DNA of 62,661 nt, the filler included, from Diploschistes diacapsis (lineage: Eukaryota), in NCBI GenBank assembly GCA_023645945.1. It is 17 parts of 17 records of this genome, joined end to end, with 100 filler letters (N's around TTAATTAATTAA, not from the genome) between each part and the next. Parts side by side here need not be neighbours in the genome. Positions count along the whole stretch, not along the records: positions 23,623 to 24,939 come from JALAIB010003330.1; positions 25,040 to 26,356 come from JALAIB010003331.1; positions 26,457 to 27,772 come from JALAIB010003332.1; positions 27,873 to 29,188 come from JALAIB010003333.1; positions 29,289 to 30,604 come from JALAIB010003334.1; positions 30,705 to 32,020 come from JALAIB010003335.1; positions 32,121 to 33,435 come from JALAIB010003336.1; positions 33,536 to 34,850 come from JALAIB010003337.1; 9 more parts are not named here. One strand, given 5' to 3'. The notes under the pieces are model-generated. The model searched no databases. It was not told the origin of the DNA and was given only the letters and a program-made list of their open reading frames with translations. Below are positions 24,817 to 37,776 of the stretch, in pieces. The translations under genes and the position numbers were made by a program. Numbering within the stretch: the stretch's first letter is position 1; the number at the start of each line of letters is the position of its first letter.

Positions 24817-25543
24817 TTCTTTACGAAACGTTATAAACTTAATATACGTCGATTTAAACATACGGGTTATTTAATTCGAATAACGTCGAATCGGATTAAC
24901 TAATTCTAAAACGATTTATAACGTTTAATTATATTTTTCNNNNNNNNNNNNNNNNNNNNNNNNNNNNNNNNNNNNNNNNNNNNTTAATTAATTAANNNNN
25001 NNNNNNNNNNNNNNNNNNNNNNNNNNNNNNNNNNNNNNNTTATAAACCCGGGTTAATCTATTCGAACTATTTCGTTTTTAATTATTAAAAATAAATTTTC
25101 TCGATAATTAGAACGATTACGAACGCGGAATCGAATACATTAATCTTATTTAAAAAAAACCTAAATCGAAGAGATCCGAAAGCCCAGAATTTAAATTATA
25201 AAATCTTAAGATAAATTAATTCAAAAATAGAAGATATATTATTATAAAAGATCGCGGGACCTTATTACGCTAGTTAAGAATAAACTTAAACAAGAAGTAT
25301 TTAATTCCCGGATTCATCATTTGTTAGATTAACGAAAAACCTCCGACCTCCTTTCCTTTTTGGATAAAAATCGAAGTTTAATTAAATTTCTACGCTGAAT
25401 CCTCTCGATCACCTTGACAACCTTCGATATTGAGTAGAGACGTTATCTTCTTTATTAAATCTAGTCGAATCTTTTATCAACCCTCGAAACCTAGTAAAAT
25501 CGCTACCTTCGCTGTTGGACCCTTTTCGATCCTTTAATAATTA

Positions 25544-26220
25544 ACGTGTTTCACGGGGATTCCGGCCATCCCCAGATTCCGGCCACCTTAAATTACTATC
25601 GTTAACATTTTACGGTTTTTAGATATAATCTGTTTTTCGTAATTAGAATCTAATCGATCTAAATCGAATCTATTTTTTTCCTTTTCATCCTCCTCGATTT
25701 TAAAAACGCGACGACGTTTTTTACGCGTTATAAATCGTTTCGAAATTATTCGACTCGATATAATCCGAACTATTATTTTAAGAACTTCGTTTATACTAAA
25801 TATAAAACGACTTTTTAATTTAATTCGTTTATTTAATTTATATTTTTTATAATTATTAAAAACGTTTTTTATTTTCGGTTTTCTTTACGAAACGTTATAA
25901 GCTCAATATACGTCGATTTAAGCATACGGATTATTCAACTCGAATAACGTCGAATCGGGTTAATTAGTTTTAAAACGGCTCGTAACGTCTAATTAAATTC
26001 TTTATTAACCTTTCGTATTTCGGTAGTATTTAATAAAAAATTATATAAGAAAAATAAATTTAAATCGAATTGATTCGAGATTAAAAAAGGATTATAAAAT
26101 GGAAGTAAAGGGGTCCGATAGGTCGAATAAAGCTTATTAAACACGATTATAAAATTAATAAATTATAATTTAGTATTTATAAAATTTATCTAAACGTTTC
26201 GACTTATAATAACTCGATTT
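25544..26220 (-). mobile_element. Fot1/pogo (Tan1/Vader-like) DNA transposon 3' end, RIP-mutated, family A
   Basis: TA followed by ACGTGTTTCACGGGGATTCCGGCCATCCCCAGATTCCGGCCACC, a TIR with an internal direct repeat. The adjacent sequence is a degenerate transposase C-terminus. Copies at 29289-29740 and 37038-37676. Confidence 0.8.
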
Positions 26221-26801
26221 TTGTAACGCCCAAAGGTGCGCCCTGGGGTTCAGGTCCCCCTGCTGCCACAGCCACGCACCTACATATAGTGTAATAGGGA
26301 AACAGTGCTTCGGGGTTCCTGAAAGCATTGTGTTAGTCTTTTGGCTCAGTGGGATANNNNNNNNNNNNNNNNNNNNNNNNNNNNNNNNNNNNNNNNNNNN
26401 TTAATTAATTAANNNNNNNNNNNNNNNNNNNNNNNNNNNNNNNNNNNNNNNNNNNNTCAATAATTCTTCGAAATTAATCGTTATTTTTATTTTATTTACA
26501 AAATATTACTTTTCAATCAATTATCTATCATATATCAAAAGTGCGCATTGATTACGGCATCAGTTAATTTTTTTAAGCGAATTAAAAATAACGACTCAAA
26601 AAAGTGGACTTTTGAATCTTTAAAAATCTTCTTTAACCAACCAAATAATATTTTATTTAAAAGATCTTTTATGAGCGGTTTTATGCGTAGATTTCATTAA
26701 ATTATAAAAACAATATTTTCCACGTTATACAGTGGTTGTGTGGCCTTATTCTTCAAAATCCGAAAGATTTTAAATAATTTGGCCATACAACGGCTAGTTT
26801 T

Positions 26802-27135
26802 TGTTACGATCCAGGGTACTAGTTAGTCACCTGGCACGTCACAGCTAGTCGGGCACTTCCCAACCATTCCTTATATATAGCCAACCACGGACGCTAGGTC
26901 ACGTGATTGACAGATATCTAGTAGTAGACGTCTATCAGGGACAGATCTATCTGGATAGTTATTTGTTAGTAATAGTTCTGTCGCAGCAGCTCTATTGTCG
27001 GCAACCAGCTGTCGCCTTAAATTATATAGAAATATCATTATGGTTCCTTTAAATTAGGGCGTGTTTATTTTTATAGATATCTTTAACGATTACTCGAGAT
27101 CAATTTATATTCGTTATCTTTTATTAATAAATAAT
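26802..27135 (+). mobile_element. LTR retroelement end, second copy of the element at 1-319
   Basis: TGTTACGATCC start and by-eye similarity to the reverse complement of 1-319. Confidence 0.6.
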
Positions 27136-28722
27136 AGTCTTCTTAAAAATTAATATAGATTTATAACCGATTTATTTCTTTTTTTATTATATTTTTCTTT
27201 TAATAGAGACTAAATTTATTTTAATTAATATCTCGTATTTATATTATAAAAATAAAGATTATAACATTTAAATTGTAAGGCCAAGCAAGGAGCATGCCAA
27301 GAGTCGGACAAGCGGCACTCAGGGTCTTGGCTTGCGGGTACTTGAAGGAAGATTTTGCCCTTCTTACTCTCTTCTTTTCTTTAATAATTAATCCTAGCAT
27401 GAACCTACCCTACGTATAATTATCTTGCCACATTATCGTATTCTATTTCTTATAGTTTTAATCACTTTACCTTTCTTAAAGACGACGATCCTATAAAATA
27501 ACACGTTCTTCACAACGTATACGTAGAATAAACCCACGCAACTAAATTAAGATAGAAAAAGTGAAGGAAGAGAAAGAAGTAAACGATCTAAAATTATTTC
27601 ACTTAATGAAGAAGATTTAGATCATATCGAGCAATAAGAACGAGACTCGTAATTTAAAAACAAAACACTAGTAAACGAGTCGTTAAAATAAGAAAATAAT
27701 TTCGAATCTATATTAAGGAATATATTAAAAGCAATAAAAAACATACTATTAAAAATAAAATAAGATATAAAGNNNNNNNNNNNNNNNNNNNNNNNNNNNN
27801 NNNNNNNNNNNNNNNNTTAATTAATTAANNNNNNNNNNNNNNNNNNNNNNNNNNNNNNNNNNNNNNNNNNNNGGGTGGATGATGGAGGGGGTGGATGCGA
27901 GTCGGTTCACGAGAGTGGATTGATAGCTATTCAGGGTGGTTGGAGAGGCAAGGCGGAGACGTGAGATTGGAACACGTTGACGATGTGGAAGTGGCTGGAC
28001 TCTGTTTACTGTTTTGGGAGCTCGGGCCTTGGACTCGTGGTCGAGGTGGAGCGTTCGATCGCTGGATTTTGGACTCGTGGGTGACGGTCGCGCGCTTTGC
28101 TAACGGGGATTGTGCGTCGATGGGTGAACCTTGATACGACTTGCTGGGGAGATCCTTTGTACTTGCTGGAGATGTAGCTGGATGGAAGTTGGCAGGGAGT
28201 TTGTCGAATTGTATTCGTATTTGGAACATAGACATAGTGCACCATCCTCAAAAGAGTATCCTTCTCCAAGTGTTCAAGCCAAGGGGTTACGGTGAACATG
28301 GTTAGGAATGTTCTATTCACGAACGTTTCTGCCGCCTTGCTATTGTCTTACCGTCTCAAATAGGTACCGCTTCAACAATGCTTCGAAGCCACGCTGTGTA
28401 CTTGAAATTTCACCAGCCAAGCTTACAGAGACTGCAGCAGCTTCAATCTGTTTGTGCTTCACAATTTTCCTATTCCGCACGCATTTCCCCTCGGGCTCTC
28501 ACGCGCATTCCAATAAGGTCCCAGCTAGCATACTAAAGTTCTTATTCCCAGAGAGAGCTGTAAGCGGGCCACGCAATAGAAACCACTTGAGCAGGGCAAG
28601 CACACGCGAAGCAACTAGTTTTCGCACAAGCACCGCAGTTCCCCTGGGCTCGATATCTATACCCAAAGGCCAAACAAGATCCATGTATGCAAACCTCAAG
28701 TGATTTGTCCTTTAAAAGCTAT

Positions 28723-28767
28723 CATTCCCATTCCCATTCCCATTCCCATTCCCATTCCCATTCCCAT
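28723..28767. repeat. (CATTCC)n hexanucleotide microsatellite, ~7 units
   Basis: CATTCCCATTCCCATTCC... read directly. Confidence 0.9.
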
Positions 28768-29288
28768 TTTCACTTCCCTTCTCTCAGACCAACCATGCTT
28801 CTCCCTCAGCAGCACCGACCTCTCCCATCTCTCCATCTCTCCACCTCTCCACCTCGTATCTACACACTTACTCTTACGCAATCCTCCCCAAATCACACAA
28901 AGAACCCCTCTCTCTTCCCGGAGCCCAACCATATCGCAGACGAACCCTCCCTGCATCAACTCCCTCCCTTCCCTCTCCACCAATCCCCCCACCAAGAATC
29001 AATAGGGCTTCGTAACTTGCCGTGACGATGTTGTTCCAAGCAAAAAAAAACCGCCTCCCATCGCCTCCGCCAGAGCCGAAGTCAAAAGCCGGCCCCCGCC
29101 CCATCCGGGCCTCTCCTGGCCGGCCCGCGAAGTGGGGCAGCGGCGGGAGTTGTTCGCGGCCGTCGCGGTGCGGTTCTGGCTCTCGAGTNNNNNNNNNNNN
29201 NNNNNNNNNNNNNNNNNNNNNNNNNNNNNNNNTTAATTAATTAANNNNNNNNNNNNNNNNNNNNNNNNNNNNNNNNNNNNNNNNNNNN

Positions 29289-29740
29289 AATTAGACGTTG
29301 CGAGTCGTGTTAAAATTAATTAATTCGATTAGACGTTATTCGAGTCGAGTAACGTATATATTTGAATCGATTTATATTAAGTTTATAACGTTTCGTAAAG
29401 AAAACCGAGAACAAAAAACGTTTCTTAATAATCGTAAAAAACGTAAATTAAATAAACGAATCGAATTAAAAGGTCGTTTTATGTTTAATATAGACGAAGT
29501 TCTTAAAATAATAATTTAGGTTAAATCGAGTCGAATAGTTTCGAAACGACCTGTAACGCGTAAAAAACGTCGTCGCATTTTTGAAATCGAGAAGGATAAA
29601 AAAGAAGAAGATAGATTCGATTTAGATCGATTAGATTCTGATTGCGACGAATAGGTTGTATTTAAAAACCGTAGAATGTTGGCGGTAGTGATTTGAGGTG
29701 GCCGGATTCTGGGGGTGGCCGGACTCACCGTCAAACACGT
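29289..29740 (+). mobile_element. Fot1/pogo family A 3' end with TIR followed by TA
   Basis: RKENREQKTFLNNRKKRKLNKRIELKGRFMFNIDEVLKII is a RIPed transposase C-terminus. Ends GGTGGCCGGATTCTGGGGGTGGCCGGACTCACCGTCAAACACGT-TA. Confidence 0.8.
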
Positions 29741-30227
29741 TAGCTTTAAATTAGGTTTTAATTAATTATAGGAAAACCGAAGAACGTGGTCGACATATGA
29801 AGCTAAATATTGATTGTAATTTAGTTAAAGAGTGCCGAGAGGAATAAAATAATATATAGAACAGGTTCTAATTACTATATAATGGGAGAAAGGGGGAAGT
29901 TTCTTCGAATTCTGATTCAATATATGAACTAAGTATAAACAGATATTATCCGTTGAAATATAAGTTGTTTTAAGGATTGAACGACCAATCTCGTTGTTAT
30001 TAATTATTAATTTATAGTCAAATCATTGTATATATAAAAGATAGTATTTTAAATGCTATTAAGGGCAACGAGCCCTTTATAGATATTAGATGTATGGATG
30101 TTTAAAGGCATCGTGGCCCATTGCATTATAAGCGACAGCAGCGAGGGCTGGTATAAGCGAACCCCCTAGTAGCAATAGTAGTAGCAGTGGCAGTGGTAAC
30201 AACTAATAGCCATAGTAGCTACTACAG

Positions 30228-30604
30228 ATATACGCGATATAGTTAATTTAATACGCGTAGTTCGAAATATGCCGCCGGTCGGACCACGATGGACATAAAA
30301 TTTCGTACGAAAATAAAAAACGTTAAAAATGCGATTTTAACGTAAGATCGATTATTAGAAAATATTAATTAAAGATCTATAAGTTGTACGAAACTGGTTC
30401 GACCTCGTACGTAATATGATTATTAAAAATAATATTCTCGATTCGGATATTTATAATTTCGATAAAATCGGCTTTTTATAGGACTGTTAGGCCATATAAA
30501 GGTCGTAATTATTTTAAATCGTAAACATAAATTTCGTACGAAATAATTTAATAATCGAGAAGGGGTTTTAATTATCTAAATTATTTACGCGAACGGTTAT
30601 GCGT
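30228..30604 (+). mobile_element. pogo/Fot1 family B transposase fragment (DDE region), RIPed
   Basis: SDIYNFD(K)IGF is a degenerate DIYNFDETGF motif. Homologous to ~58984-59345. Confidence 0.7.
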
Positions 30605-30836
30605 NNNNNNNNNNNNNNNNNNNNNNNNNNNNNNNNNNNNNNNNNNNNTTAATTAATTAANNNNNNNNNNNNNNNNNNNNNNNNNNNNNNNNNNNNNNNN
30701 NNNNCCGTGAATCTACGGACACGGATACCGTAGTTAAAAAATTTAAAACACGGAAACTGATACTGTTAGTGTCCGTGTTATTGACACGGCCGTGTCAGTG
30801 TCAGTGACGGCCAGTTTAGTTCAGCTGAACTTCGAT

Positions 30837-31394
30837 TGTTGACGAGAGGAAGGAGGAGAGGTTTTTCTTTGGCCTATATAGATGAAGATCTGGATCTAAG
30901 TATTTCTTATTTAGGCCTATCCTTGACCAGCGTAATAAGGTCCCGCGATCTTTTATAATAATATACCTTCTATTTTTAAATCGGCCCATCTTAGGGTCTT
31001 ATGATTCTGATCCTAGGCTTTCGGATCTTTTCGATTTAACCTACGTTAGATAACGTAATCGATGCCCGCGCTCGTGTCCATATCAATCATCGGGAAACGT
31101 AGTTTCAATAAACGATTAAACGTAATAAAGTAGATGTAAAGCCGGGCTCATAACCTATTTAACAACGTAATGGATATATTGAAGTTTAGAAGTCTTATTT
31201 AGAAGATTATTTTACTTTATAGACTTTTATCCTCGTAAAATACGCTAAGCTTTATTACCTACACTATTCCTTAATCGGTCTAGTTGGAATTCCAGGAGGT
31301 TCAGCTGAACTGAACTTCGGAATTCAGCTGAACTGAACCTCCCTCTGGAACTCAGTCGAACTCCCAGCCGTGCCTTCTGCCTGTCTGCTCAACA
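30837..31394. mobile_element. Complete ~558-bp LTR (TGTTGA...TCAACA)
   Basis: Perfect inverted termini. Partial copies at 24430-24816 and, inverted, ~25110-25325. One end is shared with the copia LTRs at 34005-34225 and 61865-62085. No clean TSD. Confidence 0.75.
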
Positions 31395-32020
31395 AGAATA
31401 TTAGAAAATTATAATAAAAGCGTTTAGAACGAAGTTAAAATATTTAAACGTTTATTATCTATAAATAAACGGTTAGACAGAAAGAATAAATTAAAATCTC
31501 GAATAATATCTACGGTATTACGTTAATCAGAATATAAATAATTAAATTAAACTGTTATTACAGGCCGAATACTACCTTAACAAGAAATATAAAGAAATTA
31601 AAAAGATTTAAAATACATAATCATTTAATAACGAGACATTTAATAATATTAAGAGAATTAAGGTCTTAAGGAAGAATCCTTAACTGAAAAAAGGAGATAA
31701 GGTTTATTTATATATAGATAATTTTAGGACACGTAAACCCTTTAAAAAACTAAATTACGTCAAGGTCGGACCCTTTTTAATCGATAAACAACCCGTTATA
31801 CCGAACGAAATCAGACGAGTTAATTATCGACTCAAGTTACTTAAAAATATCAAAGTTTATCTAATATTTTATTCTAGATATCTCGAATTAGTACACTTAG
31901 ACACGCCGTTATAAAAAACCTTTTACTTCGAATCAGATAACGAGAACGAATACGAGGTCGAGATAGTGGTACAGTACAAAAACAATAAATACTTAATTAA
32001 ATAGAAAGGTTATTTAGAAT
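31395..32020 (+). mobile_element. Ty3/gypsy chromovirus integrase C-terminus (GPY/F plus chromodomain), RIPed; inverted copy at 32121-32405
   Basis: Degenerate LKKGDKVYL...RKP-KKL--VKVGPFLI...NYRLKL...EYEVEIVV...YLIK(W)KGY. Confidence 0.8.
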
Positions 32021-32409
32021 NNNNNNNNNNNNNNNNNNNNNNNNNNNNNNNNNNNNNNNNNNNNTTAATTAATTAANNNNNNNNNNNNNNNNNNNNNNNN
32101 NNNNNNNNNNNNNNNNNNNNTTTTAAGATTATCCGTATATAAGTAAACTTTATCTCCCTTTTTCAACTAAGGATTCTTTTTTAAGATTCTAAATCTCTTA
32201 ATATTATTTAATATTTTATCGTTAAGTAATTATATATTTTAAATCTTTTAATTTTTTTATATTTATTATTAAAGCAGTATTCGGCGTTTAATAATAGTTT
32301 AATTTAATTATTTATATTCTAATTAACGTAATATCGTAAATATTATTCGAATATTTAATTCATTCTTTTTATTTAATCGTCTGTTTATAGATAATAAACG
32401 TTCGAATAG

Positions 32410-33435
32410 ATACGTCTTATAGGAACATTCACGACATATCGAAACATATCCTACTGACGAAATACTTAACAAGCGCCCCCAGGGCAACAACAAAGAGATA
32501 GCAGCGATGCAACGAGAGGGAAGAAAGTCGCGTCGTGACGCGTCTCATCCCCAGCAGGACCGCGCAAGCGGGCCGGCAAGGAGCTCGAACGCAAAAAATA
32601 AATTAAAAAACATAATGCAAGCAATCGAGACATACGTAAAAATATAACAGAACGAAAGATTAATATAATTCTAAACTATAATAACGGAAACGATACGCGG
32701 GAACGGCGCCGACGCGCCGGAACCTAACCGCAAAAAAAACGCGTCGAAATTAAAAGAAAGACTGAACACGATTAAAAAAGATATAAAAACGATATAAAGA
32801 ATTATAGAAAAGCAAAAAAGCAACCGCAACAACACCGGGAACAAGAGCTGAGCTCAAAAGGCGAGTACTATCTCCGAAAGAAAAAACATGGTAATAAAGA
32901 TACCAAAAAGAACGACTAAAAAAGTCACAATTCGGCCAGAAGATAAGATACAGGCGAGAAAGCAACGAAATAGGCCCGAATTAATAACGGACGCGAAAAA
33001 GATCGGAATAAAGAATATTATTATAACCCGACGGTTTCCTAACGAAGACGTAAGATTTATAATAAATTAAGAAAGAATAAAAGACGAAATCAAAAAAATA
33101 AAAAAATAAACAACGATATTCGGACGAAAAGCGAAAATAATACGAAAAAAATTTATAATAATAACGTATAAGATACGGATAAGCTTTATAAATATTACGG
33201 AACAAGACGCGACGGCATACGTTATTAATAAAATAAACTCGAATTTAAGAAATATAATACGCCGAATAATATAAAAAAAACGAATTTTAATAAACGGAAA
33301 AAAAATTTATTTATTATTCGTCGCACTTGGAACGCCGGAAGCAATCAATAGGTTAATAACGGAAAGTTTTTTTTAAAATAATCAAATTTACGATTACGAG
33401 TTATTTTACGATTATTATAACTTTAAATATATAAT
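32410..33435 (+). mobile_element. Tad1-like LINE 5' region and gag-like ORF1 remnant
   Basis: A GC-richer leader is followed by a RIPed reading frame with KKVTIRPED...IITRRFPNEDVRFII, resembling the RLPSGDV motif of fungal LINE ORF1. Confidence 0.5.
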
Positions 33436-34004
33436 NNNNNNNNNNNNNNNNNNNNNNNNNNNNNNNNNNNNNNNNNNNNTTAATTAATTAANNNNNNNNN
33501 NNNNNNNNNNNNNNNNNNNNNNNNNNNNNNNNNNNATCACATCCCTATAAACATTATTAGAGGTTTAAAAAACCTTAAGGGTCGCCGGGGTTTTCTATTC
33601 CGGTAAATTGTATTCTATTAAAGATCGCGCCGGTAATTCAAGCGAGAGGCAAGATACGGGACATCAAGTCGTTAGAATGTCGCATCGATTTAAATAATTA
33701 TATATAATATAATATTATTAACAAGCGTTACGTTATCGAAATAAACTTAACCCCGTTTATAAACGTTAAATTACCGATTCTTAACTAAATCGATAATATA
33801 ACAAAAATATATTATTACGGGGAATATAAACTAAAAATTGATATAACTTATCTATACGGGGTCACTAAGATTATTAAAGGAATATTTTACGCTATAAATA
33901 AAGCAGAAAATCCGATAATCTTAAGCACATTAAGCCTCAAAACGGGGAAGCTGTTATTAAATTACGAAGAAATGGCTTAACGCTTTAAATTTGATCGAGG
34001 AAAA

Positions 34005-34850
34005 TTTTTGGGCAACGCATGTATTGAAGTCTAGATATCTAGAGGTCTTACTAGAAGGAATAATCTACATGCAAGCTCTTATATCAATAGGATCCACTAA
34101 GCCCTACAGACTTGCACTACTCCCGATTAAAATGAACAGCAACCCCAATAAGTTCAACTGAACTAAACCTGAACCTAAAGTTCAGCTGAACTTCCCAGCC
34201 ATGCATTCTATTTACCTGCTCAATACTCCCCCGCGGGCGGAATTATCGGCATGTTTACCTAGTTTAGCTGGATACCCTTTATATTCATCTAAATTCTTTA
34301 ACGAACATATCGTGCTTAACGTAATTTAATAATTTCGTTAATCCGTCGGCAACCATTTTATCTATAAATATATAAATAACATTAATACGGCCTCGTTTAA
34401 CTAAATCCCGTACATAATAGTAAACAATATCGATATATTTTAACCTATCGTTAATCCTCGCGTGCTTTATTAAATCCAAAAAACCAATATTATCTCCTAA
34501 TAATTTAATAATAAATAAAAATAATCCTATAAACTCTAAATATCTAATATCTTTTAAAAACTATACGTACCATACGGCCTACTTTACGGCATATAATAAT
34601 CCAATATATTCAGCTTTAGTTATCGAGATAGAAACTGAACTTTACTTTTTGCTTATTTATAATATTAGGTTACCATATAACTAAAAAATGTATCTATACG
34701 TAAACTTTCGGTCTACCTTATCTCCCTCGTAATTTATATCAGAATATCCTTGTAATTTTAAAAATTTAGATTCAGGTTTAGTTAAAAACTGAATCTTCGT
34801 ATCTTTAATCTTTCGAATATAACGAAATAATCCTTTAAATACATATAAAT
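34005..34850 (-). mobile_element. Ty1/copia 3' end: RT/RNase H remnant, polypurine tract and 221-bp 3' LTR (34005-34225)
   Basis: RLKYIDIVYYYVRDLV...KMVADGLTKLL matches the copia KHIDIRYHFVRE...ADGLTKPL motif. A GGGGGAG PPT directly precedes T(G/A)TTGA. Confidence 0.88.
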
Positions 34851-35387
34851 NNNNNNNNNNNNNNNNNNNNNNNNNNNNNNNNNNNNNNNNNNNNTTAATT
34901 AATTAANNNNNNNNNNNNNNNNNNNNNNNNNNNNNNNNNNNNNNNNNNNNATATCTTATAGATTCTACCCGGTTATCGCGTTATTAATATCAAAAATATT
35001 CTAAATAAAAAAAACGAAAAGATACGATTAAATTTTCCTTTACTTACCCTATAGAATAAAAAAATAAATTTAATAATTAAAATAAAATTTAATAATTTAT
35101 TAATAAATTATAAATAAAAAACGGCCGGATATAATATAAGAACTACGTTATTAATTTTTTTCATCTACTTTACTTATTAAAGCATTAACAGGATTTAATA
35201 TAACGCTTAAATAATCTAACAGCAACGAAAGACGCATTACAAATTATAATAACCAGAATTATAGGAATTAAGATAGATACGGGGATTATATACCTACATC
35301 AAGTTAAATAATAATAATTAATTAGTTTTTAATTATATCGTTAATTAATTAATAATACATGTATTACGTAATAAATTTGATTAACCT

Positions 35388-35539
35388 TACCGGTTTCGCC
35401 AGGTTTCGCCAGTTTCGCCGGTTTCGCCGGTTTTGCCACGTTTCGCCAAACCTTTTGGCGAAAGCTGACGAAACTGGCGAAACCCGCGAAACAGGCACTT
35501 TCGCCAGAAATTTTTTTTGCTTGAAAAATTTTTCGTGAT
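35388..35539. mobile_element. DNA transposon end with GGTTTCGCC(A) subterminal repeats and terminal TTTTCGTGATG; second copy at 58680-58860
   Basis: Tandem and inverted GTTTCGCC units. Both copies end AAAA(A/C)TTTTCGT(G/A)ATG. Confidence 0.55.
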
Positions 35540-37037
35540 GTAGCAGGAATAAATAGTATGTAAGTGCCAGCCCTATAGGGTTCGGGTCTTACCCGCCTAC
35601 ACAGCCACCCCCTAACATCCTTAGCACGGTTGGCATCTGTCATGTGACCCTGTCGTCATGTGACCCTGTCGTCACATGATCCCGGTGGCTCGGCAGGCGC
35701 CTGGGCTGATCTGTCTCATATAGATATATTTAATGAAACTTTTAAAGAAGTTATTGTATAGACGAGAAAAATACGTTTTAAAGGTTCTTTTTTAATAATT
35801 ATTTATAGTATTATCGCCTAATTACGGAATTATTGTCGACGTCATTAACACGTAAATCGATAATGTTTTATCCGTCAATATCGATTTCGATAGATGGTTT
35901 AATAGGCTCACCGACAAGCAAGATAAGCTAATAGAAAAAATTATAACATATTCTTTACGTTATGATAGATTATAGTATTCTAAGGATTCCCGTTTTTAAG
36001 AACGATCCGACGAAAGACGACGCCGCCATTCTAGCCTAATAAGAGGATGTCTATTTTATAAAAATAATGATTATCGCGTAATATAATACAAACTCGCTAA
36101 AGAGTTTAGATAAATAATTATTATAGCAAAAGATAAGAAGCGGGAGAAAAGAAAAGAATCCCGAAACATTCGCGATAAGAAGATTAAAAATAAGCGCGTC
36201 TATAATGCAGAAGGTTCAGACGATGAAAGTTTAAAACATTTAGAATTTAAACCAGAACCTAAANNNNNNNNNNNNNNNNNNNNNNNNNNNNNNNNNNNNN
36301 NNNNNNNTTAATTAATTAANNNNNNNNNNNNNNNNNNNNNNNNNNNNNNNNNNNNNNNNNNNNTTATATACGTAATCAGATTATTAATGACGTATATAAC
36401 GCTCGTTATTGACGTACTAGGTTTTAATATATTCGATTTAATAGATTTAGATTTAAATTTAGATTTAATTCTTTTTTTTGGAATTTTAACCCGTAAGAAC
36501 CTCTTTATTAACCGTCGGTTACCATTATTTGGCTCGAGTTAATCATATGGAATAGAAGTAGGAATCTTTAGGATACTATGATCCTCGGTAGGAATAGATA
36601 ATGAAAATTTAGTATGATTTAGCTGAACCTTTGCCTTTATCGTTGATACGTTTTTGGCGTACGTAATTGACCCGTCGTTAACGTGGGTAATTAATCCGTC
36701 GTTGACGTGGGTAATTGACCCGTCGTTGATATTTCTAATACTAAATATTAGATCGTTGATTGGACGTCCCGGTGGCTTTCGGATAGACATTACGTTGTCG
36801 TTTTTTTTATAGCTTTTAGGTAGTTTCAATTTTTAAAGAATAAACGTCTTATCTTTTTTAAACTTAACTGAATTGGTTTTAATAATCTTTTAAATATTAG
36901 GTATTTAGATCTTATATTGTTTGTCGGTGTTGGTGTATTCGATTATTATATTTAATCTTGCTTTATTTATTAATTTATTTTATCGTTTAAATAATAATTT
37001 AGGATTTACGTAGTTATAATATCTTGATTTTTAGATA

Positions 37038-37676
37038 ACGTGTTTCACGGGGATTCCGGCCATCCCCAGATTCCGGCCACCTCAAATCACTACCGCTAAC
37101 ATTCTACGGTTTTTAGATATAACCTGTTCGTCGCAATTAGAATCTAATCGATCTGAATCGGATCTATCTTCCTTTTTTTTTATTCTTTTCGATTTTAGAA
37201 ACGCGACGACGTTTTTTTACGCGTTATAGATCGTTTCGAAATTATCCGACTCGATTTAACCCGAATTATTATTTTAAGAACTTCGTCTGTACTAAACATA
37301 AAACGACCTTTTAATTCGATTCGTTTATCTGATTTACGTTTTTTACGATTATTAAGAAGCGTTTATTACTCTCGGTTTTCTTTACGAAGCGTTATAAGCT
37401 TAATATGCGTCGATTTAAGTATACGGGTTATTCGATTCGAATAACGTCGAATCGAGTTAATTAATTTTAGAACGGCTCGCAACGTTTAATTAAATTCTTT
37501 ATTAATCTTTCGCAGTTCGGTCGCATTTAATAAAGAATTATATAATAAAGATAACTCTAAATCGAATTAATTCGAGATTGAAAAAGAGTTGTAAAATAGA
37601 GGTAAAGGGGTCCGATAGGTCGAATAAAGCTTATTAAACATAATTATAAAATTAATAAATTATAATTAATATTTAT
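37038..37676 (-). mobile_element. Fot1/pogo family A 3' end (third copy)
   Basis: TA plus the same TIR as at 25544; colinear with 25544-26180. Confidence 0.8.
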
Positions 37677-37776
37677 NNNNNNNNNNNNNNNNNNNNNNNN
37701 NNNNNNNNNNNNNNNNNNNNTTAATTAATTAANNNNNNNNNNNNNNNNNNNNNNNNNNNNNNNNNNNNNNNNNNNN

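Noticed and set aside
28723..28767. Possible telomeric repeat
   Set aside because: The unit is CCCATT, not CCCTAA; it is short and internal to a contig.
23523..37776. Regularly spaced TTAATTAATTAA motifs (~1.4 kb period) resembling an array
   Set aside because: They are always embedded in N-runs, so they are an artificial six-frame-stop linker.
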